From Mobula hypostoma (lineage: Eukaryota): a DNA stretch of 64,000 nt. A model generated the notes under the pieces. That model had not been told where the DNA came from. It made no database searches and saw only the letters and a program-made list of their open reading frames with translations. This document shows, piece by piece, positions 1-12,274 of the stretch. The position numbers and the translations under genes are program-made. Each line of letters begins with the position of its first letter. Within the stretch, counting starts at the first letter, position 1. Location of the stretch: assembly GCF_963921235.1 (NCBI RefSeq), contig NC_086097.1, positions 206,214,001 to 206,278,000 on the forward strand. Direction: 5' to 3'.

Positions 1-845
1 ATTATCAATGGCCCTTTTCTATCTTTGGCAGCTCGAACAGCCGCCTGTAGAATCCTTTCCTTGTCTTGAAATCTTAAGAATTTTATTAAAATCGATCGTG
101 GATATTGGTCATCTTTTGGTTTTGGTCTTAAAGCTCTATGTGCCCGCTCAATTTCAATTGATCGAGCCTCCTCTCCCATTTGCAAAACCTCCGGGATTCA
201 TCTTTGAAAAAATTCTATTGGCTTTTCTCCTTCCATACCTTCTGTAAGACCAACAATTTTTATATTATTACGTCTACTGAAATTTTCCAACATGTCCACT
301 TTCTCCAAGAGTCGGTTTCTTTCCGAGTTCCAGACAAGCAAATCATTTTCTGTTTTTTCCACTCTATCATTCATAAGCCCCATTTCTCTTTCCATCTTCT
401 GAAGCTTCTTTTCCATTTTGTCCTGTCTTTCCATAACTTTATTATAGCATCTCTTCGTATCTCTAAGCTCTTCTCTTACTTTCCTTAATTCAGCCGTTGA
501 TTGCAATACAGCCTCTCTTATGTCTCTATCATCTCCTTTACTTCCACTCGCTTCCAATTCTTCCTCCTCTTGTTCATCTGTGTTCTCTGCAGAATCCAGT
601 TCTGACTCTGAGTCATTTTCAATTACAGTGGGTGTCGGTTCTTGTAGTTTGCGTTGTGTCGATTTGCGCGTGCGCAATTCCGTTGTCTTCTTCGGAGCAA
701 CCGCTGCCACCGCCATTGCTCCCTGTTCTACCGAAGGAGATCCAACCTGAGTCCGAGGCTCCATCGTTGCAGTAGGCCTTTTTTCCTTCCCGTCTCGCGG
801 CTGCTTCGCAGCAGCAGACTTCTTTTGTTGCGGTTTAGGAGGCAT
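1..845 (-). pseudogene. L1 ORF1p (RNA-binding chaperone) with one in-frame stop
   Basis: ORF 845-198 ends at TGA (200-198), but the same frame continues IPEVLQMGEEARSIEIERAHRALRPKPKDDQYPRSILIKFLRFQDKERILQAAVRAAKDRKGPLI to the window edge. Likely TGG>TGA. Confidence 0.88.
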
Positions 846-989
846 ACCGTAAAGTCGTCTTACAAAGTTTATAAATAGTTTTCAAAAAATATTTACCAAC
901 TTTGTTTTATTTAAACGGTACTTTACTGATTTGTTGCGGGAGAGCTGAATTTACACGTCTCAATCCCACGTCATCACGTGACGCCCCCC
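1..989 (-). mobile_element. 5' portion of an L1-clade LINE (5'UTR + ORF1), continues off the left edge
   Basis: Minus strand begins GGGGGGCGTCACGTGATGACGT at 989. About 145 nt of 5'UTR lead into an ORF with L1 ORF1p hallmarks: coiled coil, LENFSRRNNIKIVGL, IERAHR, PRSILIKFLRFQDKERIL. Confidence 0.9.
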
Positions 990-1064
990 ACAGCTACACT
1001 AAGTTAAGCAGATGGAATTTTACCTGTGGGCTTTTAAAATTTTCTAACTTTAACTGTCAAATTA

Positions 1065-1549
1065 CGAGAGGTGATTGATAAATTTGTGGCCTAAGGTAGA
1101 AGGAGTCAATTTTAGAAAACCTAGCACATTTATTTTTCCTACATTTACACACTTAGTCCAGCGGGCGTGGAACATACAGATCTCTTCTTTGTAGAAGTCG
1201 GCGTCTTGGACCTCCAGTAAGTGGTCCACAGCAGGGGTAATTGATGTTCGTGGCCTATGGTAGAAGGAGACGAGATACTGACTTCAAACTTTCTGCATTT
1301 TCACACAAAGAGCTGAACTGCACTTGCACGTAACGAGAGCTGCATAACTCATCTCCTTCTACCTCAGGCCACAAACTTATCAACCACCCCTGCTGTGGAC
1401 CACTTCTACAAAGAAGGGATCCATATGCTCCATGACTGCTGGACTAAGTGTGTACATGTAGGACGGGACTATGTTGAAAAATAAATGTGCCAGGTTTTCT
1501 AAAATTGACTCCTTCCACCTTAGGCCACAAACTTATCAATCACCCCTTG
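1065..1549. mobile_element. Mariner-derived foldback non-autonomous element (MITE)
   Basis: TA on both sides (1063-64, 1550-51). TIR CGAGAGGTGATTGATAAATTTGTGGCCTAAGG / CCTTAGGCCACAAACTTATCAATCACCCCTTG. Long inverted arms; 1404-1484 reads FYKEGIHMLHDCWTKCVHVGRDYVEK*, a mariner transposase C-terminus. Confidence 0.88.
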
Positions 1550-1947
1550 TATATTTGACTTACTCAATTTTTGTAAATTTGACGCCAAAGAAGCTGGCTC
1601 TTTCTGTTCTGTACTCTTGATTACACATTCCCATTACTCCACTAGTTGTAAATGTGTCTGCAGCTGGCATTGCCTTTGGTGTAGAACCTTCCCTTTGACC
1701 TTCTTTATCTCTCCATTGTTTTCCTACTTAAAGACTACTTACAACCTACTTTTGTCCAAGATTCATGTTTCATGTCATGCATTATTAAATTTTGTCCTGT
1801 GAGCCACTTGAAAGTTTTTGCAATATTAAAGGTACTCCAGAAATACAAGCTGATGCTAATTAATAAGCAATCTGTCTTTCACATCAGTTATTCTGGGAGA
1901 TTTCATTGTTCCAGGAACAACAGACGAGTATGACAAAACCACCTTTC

Positions 1948-4210
1948 ATAGAAACATAGACAGAAACATAGAAAATAGGTGCAGGAGTAGGCCATTCGGC
2001 CCTTCGAGCCTGCACCGCCATTTATTATGATCATGGCTGATCATCCAACTCAGAACCCCGCCCCAGCCTTCCCTCCATAACCCCTGATCCCCATAGCCAC
2101 AAGGGCCATATCTAACTCCCTCTTAAATATAGCCAATGAACTGACCTCAACTGTTTCCTGTGGCAGAGAATTCCACAGATTCACCACTCTCTGTGAAGAA
2201 GTTTTTCCTAATCTCGGTCCTAAAAGGCTTCCCCTTTATCCTCAAACTGTGGCCCCTTGTTCTGGACTTCCCCAACATCGGGAACAATCTTCCTACATCT
2301 AGCCTGTCCAATCCCTTTAGGATTTTATACGTTTCAATCAGATCCCCCCTCAATCTTCTAAATTCCAACGAGTACAAGCCTAGTTCATCCAGTCTTTCTT
2401 CATATGAAAGTCCTGCCATCCCAGGAATCAATATGGTGAACCTTCTTTGTACTCCCTCTATGGCAAGGATGTCTTTCCTCAGATTAGGGGACCAAAACTG
2501 CACACAATACTCCAGGTGTGGTCTCACCAAGGCCTTGTACAACTGCAGTAGTACCTCCCTGCTCCTGTACTCGAATCCTCTCACTATAAATGCCAGCATA
2601 CCATTCGCCTTTTTCACCGCCTGCTGTACCTGCATGCCCACTTTCAATGACTGGTGTATAATGACACCCAGGTCTCGTTGCACCTCCCCTTTTCCTAATC
2701 GGACACCATTCAGATAATAATCTGTTTTCCTATTTTTGCCACCAAAGTGGATAACTTCACATTTATCCACATTAAATTGCATCTGCCATGAATTTGCCCA
2801 CTCACCCAACCTATCCAAGTCACCCTGCATCCTCTTAGCATCCTCCTCACAGCTAACACTGCCACCCAGCTTCGTGTCATCCGCAAACTTGGAGATGCTG
2901 CATTTAATTCCCTCATCCAAGTCATTAATATATATTGTAAACAACTGGGGTCCCAGCACTGAGCCTTGCGGTACCCCACTAGTCACTGCCTGCCATTCTG
3001 AAAAGGTCCCGTTTATTCCCACTCTTTGCTTCCTGTCTGCTAACCAATTCTCCATCCACATCAATACCTTACCCCCAATACCGTGTGCTTTAAGTTTGCA
3101 CACTAATCTCCTGTGTGGGACCTTGTCAAAAGCCTTTTGAAAATCCAAATATACCACATCCACTGGTTCTCCCCTATCCACTCTACTAGTTACATCCTCA
3201 AAAAATTCTATGAGATTCGTCAGACATGATTTTCCTTTCACAAATCCATGCTGACTTTGTCCGATGATTTCACCGCTTTCCAAATGTGCTGTTATCACAT
3301 CCTTGATAACTGACTCCAGCAGTTTCCCCACCACCGACGTTAGGCTAACCGGTCTATAATTCCCCGGTTTCTCTCTCCCTCCTTTTTTAAAAAGTGGGGT
3401 TACATTAGCCACCCTCCAATCCTCAGGAACTAGTCCAGAATCTAACGAGTTTTGAAAAATTATCACTAGTGCATCCACTATTTCTTGGGCTACTTCCTTA
3501 AGCACTCTAGGATGCAGACCATCTGGCCCTGGGGATTTATCTGCCTTCAATCCCTTCAATTTACCTAACACCACTTCCCTACTAACATGTATTTCGCTCA
3601 GTTCCTCCACCTCACTGGACCCTCTGTCCCCTACTATTTCTGGAAGATTATTTATGTCCTCCTTAGTGAAGACAGAACCAAAGTAATTATTCAATTGGTC
3701 TGCCATGTCCTTGCTCCCCATAATCAATTCACCTGTTTCTGTCTGTAGGGGACCTACATTTGTCTTTACCAGTCTTTTCCTTTTTACATATCTATAAAAG
3801 CTTTTACAGTCAGTTTTTATGTTCCCTGCCAGTTTTCTCTCATAATCTTTTTTCCCCTTCCTAATTAAGCCCTTTGTCCTCCTCTGCTGAACTCTGAATT
3901 TCTCCCAGTCCTCAGGTGAGCCACTTTCTCTGGCTAATTTGTATGCTTCTTCTTTGGAATTGATACTATCCCTAATTTCTCTTGACAGCCATGGGTGCAC
4001 TACCTTCCTTGATTTGTTCTTTTGCCAAACTGGGATGAACAATTGTTGTAGTTCATCCATGCAACCTTTAAATGCTTGCCATTGCATATCCACCGTCAAT
4101 CCTTTAAGTGTCATTTGCCAGTCTATCTTAGCTAATTCACGTCTCATACCTTCAAAGTTACCCCTCTTTACGTTCAGAACCTTTGTTTCTGAATTAACTA
4201 TGTCACTCTC
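1948..4210 (-). mobile_element. Young 5'-truncated CR1 LINE
   Basis: 666-aa ORF with RT motifs (KSPGPDG, YRPVSLTS, DFQKAFDKVPH, SGVPQGSVLGP, FADD). 3' tail of TTTCTATG-type repeats at 1948-1975. Confidence 0.95.
2147..4147 (-). pseudogene. CR1 ORF2 reverse-transcriptase region (endonuclease absent, C-terminal frameshift)
   Basis: Uninterrupted for about 650 codons. After KNFFT the expected RVVNLWNSLP continues in another frame (small deletion near 2190). Confidence 0.88.
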
Positions 4211-5902
4211 ATTTAGCTCTAAGGTCTAAAACTATAGGGAAAAGTAGTAAAGGGCTGACCATTTAGAACTGAGATGAAGAGCGATCCCTTTTTCAAATAA
4301 TTCTCTAACTCAAGAAGGCTGCTGTTGCTCATGTCATTCAGTACATTGATGGCAGAGATTCATAGATTTTTGAATACTCAGGGAATTAGTGGAAGTGGGG
4401 ACCAGGTCGAAAATGTTTGAATGACTGAACAGATTTAAGAGCTGGTTTTATTTTAAAAGTCTACCACAGGATTCTATTGCATCTTTTTTTTCCAGATAGA
4501 GTCTGTAGAAGGTTTGTAGTCATCAGATGACGTACTTCAGATAAAGGAGAAGGAAATAGTTATGTTGGTATAATGTCTGCAGCAGCCACGGGTGGAAGAA
4601 AGATGAATATCATAAAACTGTGTTTACTGCCCAATATTTAGTATAGTGAGGTAGAAAATCCAAATTTTATACATATTGTGGCTAAAATTGCACTGTCAAC
4701 CTATAAGCACTTGTTTTGTGCCCTAAGACAACAAACTATGACACAGTAAGGACTACTACTGTTACCTGAAATGAAGGAGATTATTGCTAGGAGAATCTTG
4801 TGAAAAAAAACCGCTAGAACAATAACTCTACTATTTAGAGGTTAATCAAGAATAAATACTTTCCAAACTGAGAAATGAGAGAATTTCACAAACTAAGGAG
4901 ATTCGCCCCAAGTGCCTAAAACATCTAGCAGCCAAAAATGGCCTAGAGATATACTGATTACCTTACTAACCATATTAATAAACTAATAAATCATGTTCAA
5001 GTTTATTAGACACTGTAAAACTGTAAAATTATTTCAAGATATGGAAATCATCAGTTTTTATAAACAATTATAAAGTTGTCAGGTCATCACAGACTCCAAA
5101 TGGCTCACTATCCCTTTGAAAGGAGGAAACCCATTCTCCTTGCCTGTTCTAATCAACGGATGACTCGAGTCTCATAACATTTTGGATGCTCTTCCGCTAA
5201 CATTATGCAATCACCATCACTTCGACATAGTTTTAAGATGTACCGCTTTTTTCTAATCAACTTTACATCCAGAATCTAAAGCAAGAAGCAAAGTATCCAT
5301 AGATCAAGATGGTTTTGACCAGAAACATTACTCTTTCCATACATTCTCCCTGACCTTCTGAGCTTTTCCTGTCATTGATTACCAATAACAATCAATTATT
5401 GCTGGCTTGCATATACTTTTGTATCGACATCAAGGCATCAACTTTAAAATGCTACCAACAGGTGTAGAAACAGAAAATTATTAGGTGGGATTGAGTAATG
5501 TTTGCAAATTTTGTGTGAGAGAAGTTTTCTTATAGTGAAATAGATGGAAGGCCCAGACGGCACAAAAAAAATCATCTTATAAGATAAAGAGAATCAAATA
5601 AGATTGTGGCTAACTTCAGATATCAAGAAAACACGCAAATGCCTTTCAGGTATCTTAAGTATTGTTCACTTGTAAGAGTTTTCATTGCAGCTGGGCATAT
5701 GTGTACTTGTGCATATGACAATAAACTCGATTTTGAGGTTTATTACTCAATAAGCAGCAGCTTGTACTATTAAATTTAAGATTCTGCCCAAAAGAAGATG
5801 CAGTGACAAGCCTGAAACATATTTTCAAGAATTAGGTCTCCTAGTAAGTCCTCTTCATATACAACCTCAATAATCAGACAAAAGGTGTTAACATCAGAAT
5901 CC

Positions 5903-7499
5903 TTCGTGAACCCTTTAGAATTTTCTCTATTTCTGCATAATTATGACCTAAAATGTGATCGGATCTTTCATGCAAGTCCTAAAACTAGATAAAGAGAGCC
6001 TAATTAAATAAATACCACAAAACATTATACTTGTTCATTTATTTATTGATAAAATTGATTCAATCTTACATGGGGTTTTTTGGGAAAAGTACGTAAACCT
6101 TCGCTTTCAGTAAATGGTGTGACTCTCTTCTACAGCAACAACTTCAACCAAACATTTCCAGTAACTGTTGATCAGTACTGTACGTTGGCTTGGAGGAATT
6201 TTAGACCATTCCTCCATACAAAATGGTTTCAGTTCATCAATATTTCTAGGATACCTTGCATGAGCAGCCCTCTTCAGGTCATGGCACCGCATCTCAATTG
6301 GGTTAAGATCGGGACTCTGACTTGGGCATTTTAAAACACAAATGTTCTTCTTTTTAAACCATTCTGTTGTTGATTTACTCTTGTGTTTCAATACATTGTC
6401 GTGTTGTATCACCCAACTTTTATTAGGCATCAGGTGATGGGCCCCTGACATTCCACTGTAACATGCCTTGATACAATTTTGAATTCATTGTTCCCTCAAT
6501 GATTGCAAGCTGTCTAGGCCCTGAGGCAGCAAAGCAGCCCAAACCATGATGCTCCTTCCATCCTGCTTCACAGTTGAGATGAGGTTTTGGTTTTGGCAGA
6601 GCCCTTTTCCCTCCAAATATAGCAGTGTGCATTTCTGCCAAAAAATTTAACTTTTGTCTCATCTGTTCACAGAATATTGTCCCAAAAGCTTTGTGGGACA
6701 TCCAGGTGGTCTTTGCAAACTTGAGATGCGCAGCAATGTTTTTTTTATTGGAGAGTAATGATTTCCTCCATGGAGTCCTTCCATTTACACCATTCTTGTT
6801 CAGTGTTTTTCTTACAGTGGACAGATAAACAGAGACTTTAGCAAGCTCCAGAGATTTCTGGTAGTCTTTTGTTGTTACCCTTGGGTTCTTTTTCACCTCC
6901 TCAGCATTGTACATTGTACTCTTGGTGTGATCTTTGCAAGACACCCACTCCTACAGAGAGTAGCAAACAGTACTGAATTTCCTCCATTTGGAGAAAATTT
7001 ATCTTACTGTGGACTGATGAACACTCAGGTTTTTAGAAATGCTTCTGTAGCCTTTTCCAGTTTCATGCACTCTACAATTCTTCTTCTAAGGTCCTCTGAA
7101 AGTTGTTTTGATCGAGGCATGGTGCACATGAATTGATATTTCTTGAGAAGTGCAGGTCTATCAGTAACCTGACTGTCTGTATCTTATTTAAAGGGCAGGG
7201 CATCTCTACAACCCACACCTCCAATCTTAACTCATTGACTGGAACACCTGACTCCAAATAACTTTTGTAGAAGGCATGACCCCAGAGGTTCACATACTTT
7301 TTTGAACCTAGATTGTGATTGTTTAAATGGTACATTCAGTAATGACGAGAAGTAGTACAATTGTTTATATGTTATTAGTTTAGGCACATTGCGTTTGTCT
7401 ATTACTGTGACTCAGATGAAGATCAGACCACATTTTATGAGTAATTAATGGAGAAAACCAGATAATTGCAAAGGGTTCACAAACTTTTTCTTGCAACGG
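5903..7499 (-). mobile_element. Tc1-like DNA transposon (Frog Prince-like transposase), decayed
   Basis: Right end ...GGGTTCACAAACTTTTTCTTGCAACGG|TA; left TIR clipped. Transposase fragments run from ATG at 7120 (MPRSKQLSEDLRRRIVE) to 6107 and include GCFAASG, QHDNVLKH and PSQSPDLNPIE, with frameshifts. Confidence 0.93.
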
Positions 7500-7518
7500 T
7501 ATAATTCATTAGGAATTT

Positions 7519-8358
7519 TGCTTTTACGACGGAGGATTGCACGCAGATTCTGAAGCTGGTTAACTCTTCTTCGATCCGTGCTATTCATTCACCGATTCAA
7601 TTATAAATTGTACATCGTTACCGTCTGACGAAGGAGAGACTGTCTAAAATATTCCCTACTGTTGATAGTTATTGTGATCGATGTAAAATTGAGACAGCTA
7701 CACTGACACACATGTTTTGGTCTTGTTCTATACTGGAACCGTTCTGGAAGTCAGTTTTTTCGACAATTGCTAAAGCACTTAAAATTAATTTACAACCTAA
7801 CAAGTTAACTGTGCTTTTTGGAATAATTCCTCAAAATATCCATGGTATCTCTGTGTCTGACCAACATGTCATTGCATTTGTTACATTGATAGCTAGGAGG
7901 GCCATTTTGTTGAAGTGGAAGGACACATCAGCTCCCACTTTGTCACAATGGTTCTCTCAAATGATGCTATGTCTTAGTTTGGAGAAAATTAGAAGTCGAA
8001 CCTTTGAACCTATCTTTGATTTTGAAGAAAGATGGGGTTTATTTTCTCATTATTATCATTTGAGTGAATTGATAGATTTCCTCCCCGATCTAATTGTAAA
8101 TTTTTGGCACATTTTTTTTCTTGCTGACGGTTTGATGTTTATCTTTAGAAGCTTTTTGTATGATGCATGGTTTTGGGGTTGAACACCTAATGGGGTTTCT
8201 TTCCCCCCCACTTCTCTTGCTTAGCAGGGTTTTTTTTAAATCAACAAAATTTTTTCAATCTTTAAAATAATTTTTTTTCTTGAGTCATTGTAAGTGTTGC
8301 TTACTTCAATGTCCTCGTGTTAATTTTGGATAATAATAATAAAAAGATTTGAAAAGAA
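7519..8358 (+). mobile_element. L1 3' fragment (ORF2 CCHC C-terminus + 3'UTR)
   Basis: CDRCKIETATLTHMFWSC zinc knuckle, AATAAA with an A-rich tail, and TSD AGGAATTT at 7511-18 and 8359-66. Confidence 0.88.
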
Positions 8359-8740
8359 AGGAATTTGAGAAGATTTTATCTCACCAGACTCTGACAAATT
8401 TCTACAAATGCTCCATGGACAGCATTCTGACTGGTACGGAGCCTCCTATGCACAGGACAGGACTGAAAGTGGCTACTGAGGACTGTAGACTTAGCAAGCT
8501 CCGTAACATGGACACAAGCCTCCCCACCATCGAAGTAATCTTAAAAAGGTGATGCAAAGTGGAGGTAAAGACCCTCACCACTCGGAACATGTTCTCTACT
8601 CATTACAGCCATCAAGGATGTGGAACAGGTGACTGTAAACTTACAATCAAATTATTTTTTACGTCTTTCACTGTACTGCTGCCAATAAACAACAAATTCC
8701 ATTACATATAATCAGTACTAATAAATCTGATTCTGATTTT
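8359..8740 (+). mobile_element. Rex1/Babar-type LINE 3' remnant
   Basis: TLTNFYKCSMDSILTG-like coding remnant; AATAAATCTGATTCTGAT tail shared with other copies in the window. Confidence 0.65.
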
Positions 8741-8952
8741 ATCCAAACTTACTAAGATGCTAAGCATGTGAGAATAATAATTTGCTTACAATGATCAACA
8801 TGACTGGAGAACAGTGAACCATCTTGACCTGCTGGTGGGGCTGGTAAGTTAAGCGCAGCTCAATTTTTAATCTTGCTTCTGCACATTTCGTTGTTCAATC
8901 TCCATGACTGTCTTACAAAATATGATTCAATCACTGGAAACACTAAATAATC

Positions 8953-9340
8953 TTGGAGCGTCAGAGGATGAGGGGTGACCTGATAGAGGTGTATGAGATG
9001 ATGAGAGGTATTGGTCGTGTGGATAGTCAGAGGCCTTTTCCCAGGGCTGAAATGGCTAGCATAAGAGGGCACAGTTTTAAGGTGCTTGGAAGTAGGTATA
9101 GAGGAGATGTCAGGGATAAGTTGTTTTTTTCTTACGCAGAGTGATGAGTGCGTGGAATGGGGTGGTGGAGGCGGATACAATAGGGTCTTTTAAGGGACTT
9201 TTGGATAAGTACATGGAGCTTAAAAAAAATAGAGGGCTATGGGTAACCCTAGTAATTTTAAGGTAGGGACATGTTCGGCACAACTTCGTGGGCCGAAGGG
9301 CCTGTATTATGCTGTAGGTTTTCTATGTTTTTGTGTTTCT
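8953..9340 (+). mobile_element. CR1 3' fragment
   Basis: RMRGDLIEVYEMMRG...RGHSFK C-terminal motif; TTCTATGT tail. Confidence 0.85.
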
Positions 9341-9624
9341 AATCTTTTAGCAAAAAGTTGGCATGCCTACAAACTGGCTTACTACAATTAGTTCCATAAA
9401 ATATATCCTAAAATGGGCAGCAATTACATTATTCCCAAAATATCAACTAATGGTCAGTACAAGTATTCCATTTGAAAACATAAACAAAGGAAATCACATT
9501 CATATGGTACCTTCACAAGTTTTGAACTCTTCACAACTAATTGAATATTTCTAAAACTCTAGACACACCAATAATTCAAGGAAACAGAACAGCCAAGTTG
9601 CAAAGCAAAAATGTTCAGATAAAC

Positions 9625-9770
9625 CAGTTTTAGTGATATTGGATGAGAGATAAAAATCAAGAACTCATGCATTCTTCTTTACACATAAGTGTGGCATTCT
9701 TTTATATTCAGAGAGAGCAAACAGATTCTTAGTTAAAAATATCATCCAAATGCTTGCACCTTCACCAGAT
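9625..9770 (-). repeat. Probable ancient DeuSINE/SacSINE-like relic
   Basis: Degenerate match, from recall, to the Deu-domain SINE core (TTTTAGTGATATTGGATGAGAGATAAAA...ATCATCCAAA...GCACCTTC). Confidence 0.35.
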
Positions 9771-10289
9771 CTTAGCAACATTTTACAAAGTGTAAATGTG
9801 TGAAATACCCAAAATGGTTGCAGCATTTGCAATGTTACCAATTACCAGTGTATGAATTGGTAATTATGATGCTGCCACCTATTTAGAACAATAAAGAACT
9901 TAAGTTGTAGCTGTGGTTTACAATTATTACCCTCATGGTACTTCAGAGATCCTTTGCAGCTTCAATAAACATAGCCATGAGACCCCACTAAATGGGTGTT
10001 TTATCATCTTTATGTCATGAAGACAATGGTACAGGGAGCACGGACACAAGCATGCAGCAGCAACTAATGACAGTATTAGATGACGTAAACTTTCAACATA
10101 ATAAAATAGTCAGCAACAAGATCTACATGCACAACTTACTTGATAAAGGGTCTAACATTGCATATTTTTAATGAATTAATTATTTTTAATGTTAAAATTT
10201 GTTTACAGGACTGATTTTGATTTAATGGACTGAATCCTAGGCATGGCAAAACTGGCAACGGAGAGAGATTGTGTCAATAGGCTCAAAAA

Positions 10290-10610
10290 ATCACTAAAGG
10301 TTTAGAAGACTGAGAGGGAATCTTATAGAAATCTATAAAATTCCACCAGGAGTTTAAATCTAACAATTTATTTATCCTGATGGTGGTAATTCAATGGAAT
10401 TCATTAACATGGAAGGCTGTGGAGGCCAAGTCACTGGGTATATTTGAAGCAGAGGTTGATAGGTTCTTTCTAAGTAGGGTAGTCAAAGGCTATGGGGAGA
10501 ATATAGGAGAATGTGATTAGTAGGAATAATAGTACAGCCAAGATGGAATGGCAGAGCAAACTCAATGGGCCATATGGCCTAATCCAGCTCCTATGTCTTA
10601 TGATCTCATG
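10290..10610 (+). mobile_element. CR1 3' fragment
   Basis: RRLRGNLIEIYKI remnant and a CR1 3'UTR ending GGCCTAATCCAGCTCCTATGTCTTATG. Confidence 0.8.
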
Positions 10611-11739
10611 CACAGATTATTTTGAACACAACTGCATATAACAAACCTTCCTGCTCAGTCCATACCACTCCATGCTTCACTTGAACGTTTTACTATTCTT
10701 CCTTATGTAAGTTGGTAAGTGCTAAAGGGATCACAGGATCTTGTGAGAAAGCTGGAACAGGCTATTGGATTTGGATGGCACTGAAGACTTAAAAGGGCCA
10801 AATTGCATACTTCTGCTCCTATAACTCTATTTAGTATTATGTACCAATTCCTTCGCCTATTTAAATACTTATTCAAGTATATAAACTTTATTTCTCTTAT
10901 TAAAATATATTTCATACTTTTTGGTAACAATTAATTTTCATGCCAAATATGTCCATGTCAAATGTTTAATATTTTCTGCTAAAAATTGCAGCTGTCTTCT
11001 GCGTTACCTCACCAATCATCTCTCTCTTCTAATTTTCTATCAGCTGAGTCAGTAATGATGCATTTGATTCTTAAGTCTAAATCATTACAATTAACAGTGA
11101 ATTATGGTGTTAACACTGATGTTTTTGGAACTTGTGTCACAGACTACAAAAGGTGAAAATAAGCAATTTTCTGCATGATTACTCCTTCAATCCAAATTAA
11201 CCAATACATTTCCAACCATGTTGATCAGATGACTCATTAAAGTACTAAATATATTCACCAAGCTGATCAGCTTAGTTATTTACCATGTTCATTGACACTT
11301 TCTGGCACAAGTAACATTGAGCACATTACCATAAATGTGTTGAGGATCACCACTGACTTACCAAAACAAATTTGCAGTTTCTACCACATAAACACTATAA
11401 TACAAAGATACTCTGTGATGAGTTACCTTCATCCTCTAAAGCCAGTTACAACTTGCAAATCTGGAGTGATCCGTGATTAGACTGAGGACCAACAACAAAC
11501 TTTATTTCCTCTGGTAACATCTGTTTCAACACGTACAACACCATTGCTCTCATTAAAATTTTGTTTTCCATCTTGCCTACAGACATTGGCAATGATATCT
11601 GAACTCACCTCCTTAAATTCTGTAGTTCCTAGCAAAATTCCTATTTGTTCTACCTTTGTGGAATCTAAGTCTATCAGATCTGTTACAAAGCTACAACAAG
11701 AGAATAATGTGGTTTCTAACAACAGCTAGATTATCTTTA

Positions 11740-12270
11740 GATTCCATCATGGGTAAAAACCTCCTCATCATTGAGTACCTTCACAGAAAGCGGTGTTCAT
11801 CAAAGACCCCCACCATCCAGGCCATGCTTTCTTCTCCCTGCTTCCATCAGGCAGGTGGTACAGGAGCCTCAGGACTCAGACCACCAGGTTCAGGACCAGT
11901 TATTACACCTCAACCATCAGGATCTTGAACCAAAGGAGATAACTTCTCTGACCTTCACTTGCCCCATCACTGAACTGTTCCCACAAGCTATGGAGTCATT
12001 TTCCAGGACTTTTCACATGTTTGTGATATTTATTGTTTATTCATTTATTTATTAATTATTATTGTTACTTTTTCTTTCTCCTCTTTCTTTTTGTATTTGC
12101 AGAGTTTGCTGTTGTTTGCAAACGGTTGTTTCTGTCCTGTTGGGTGCAGTCTTTCACTAACTCTACTCATGCCTATTCTATTTGCTGTGATTGCCCACAA
12201 GAAAACGTATCTCAGAGTTGTATATGGTAATGTATATGTACTTTGATAATAGATTTACTTTGAATTTTGA
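11740..12270 (+). mobile_element. Rex/Babar-type LINE 3' remnant
   Basis: IKDPHHPGHA-type remnant; 3'UTR ending GATAATAGATTTACTTTGAATTTTGA. Confidence 0.65.
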
Positions 12271-12274
12271 TATT

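Noticed and set aside
2160..3140. Plus-strand ORFs of 134-185 aa
   Set aside because: Antisense shadows of the CR1 RT frame.
5300..5372. Further hammerhead candidates here and near 13620, 27530 and 61930
   Set aside because: Same repeat type, but core boxes are too decayed to call a ribozyme.
10990..11730. Short protein-like ORFs in apparently unique sequence
   Set aside because: Frames are broken by stops, with no recognisable motif or convincing splice pair. May be an old repeat or conserved non-coding element, but unsupported.
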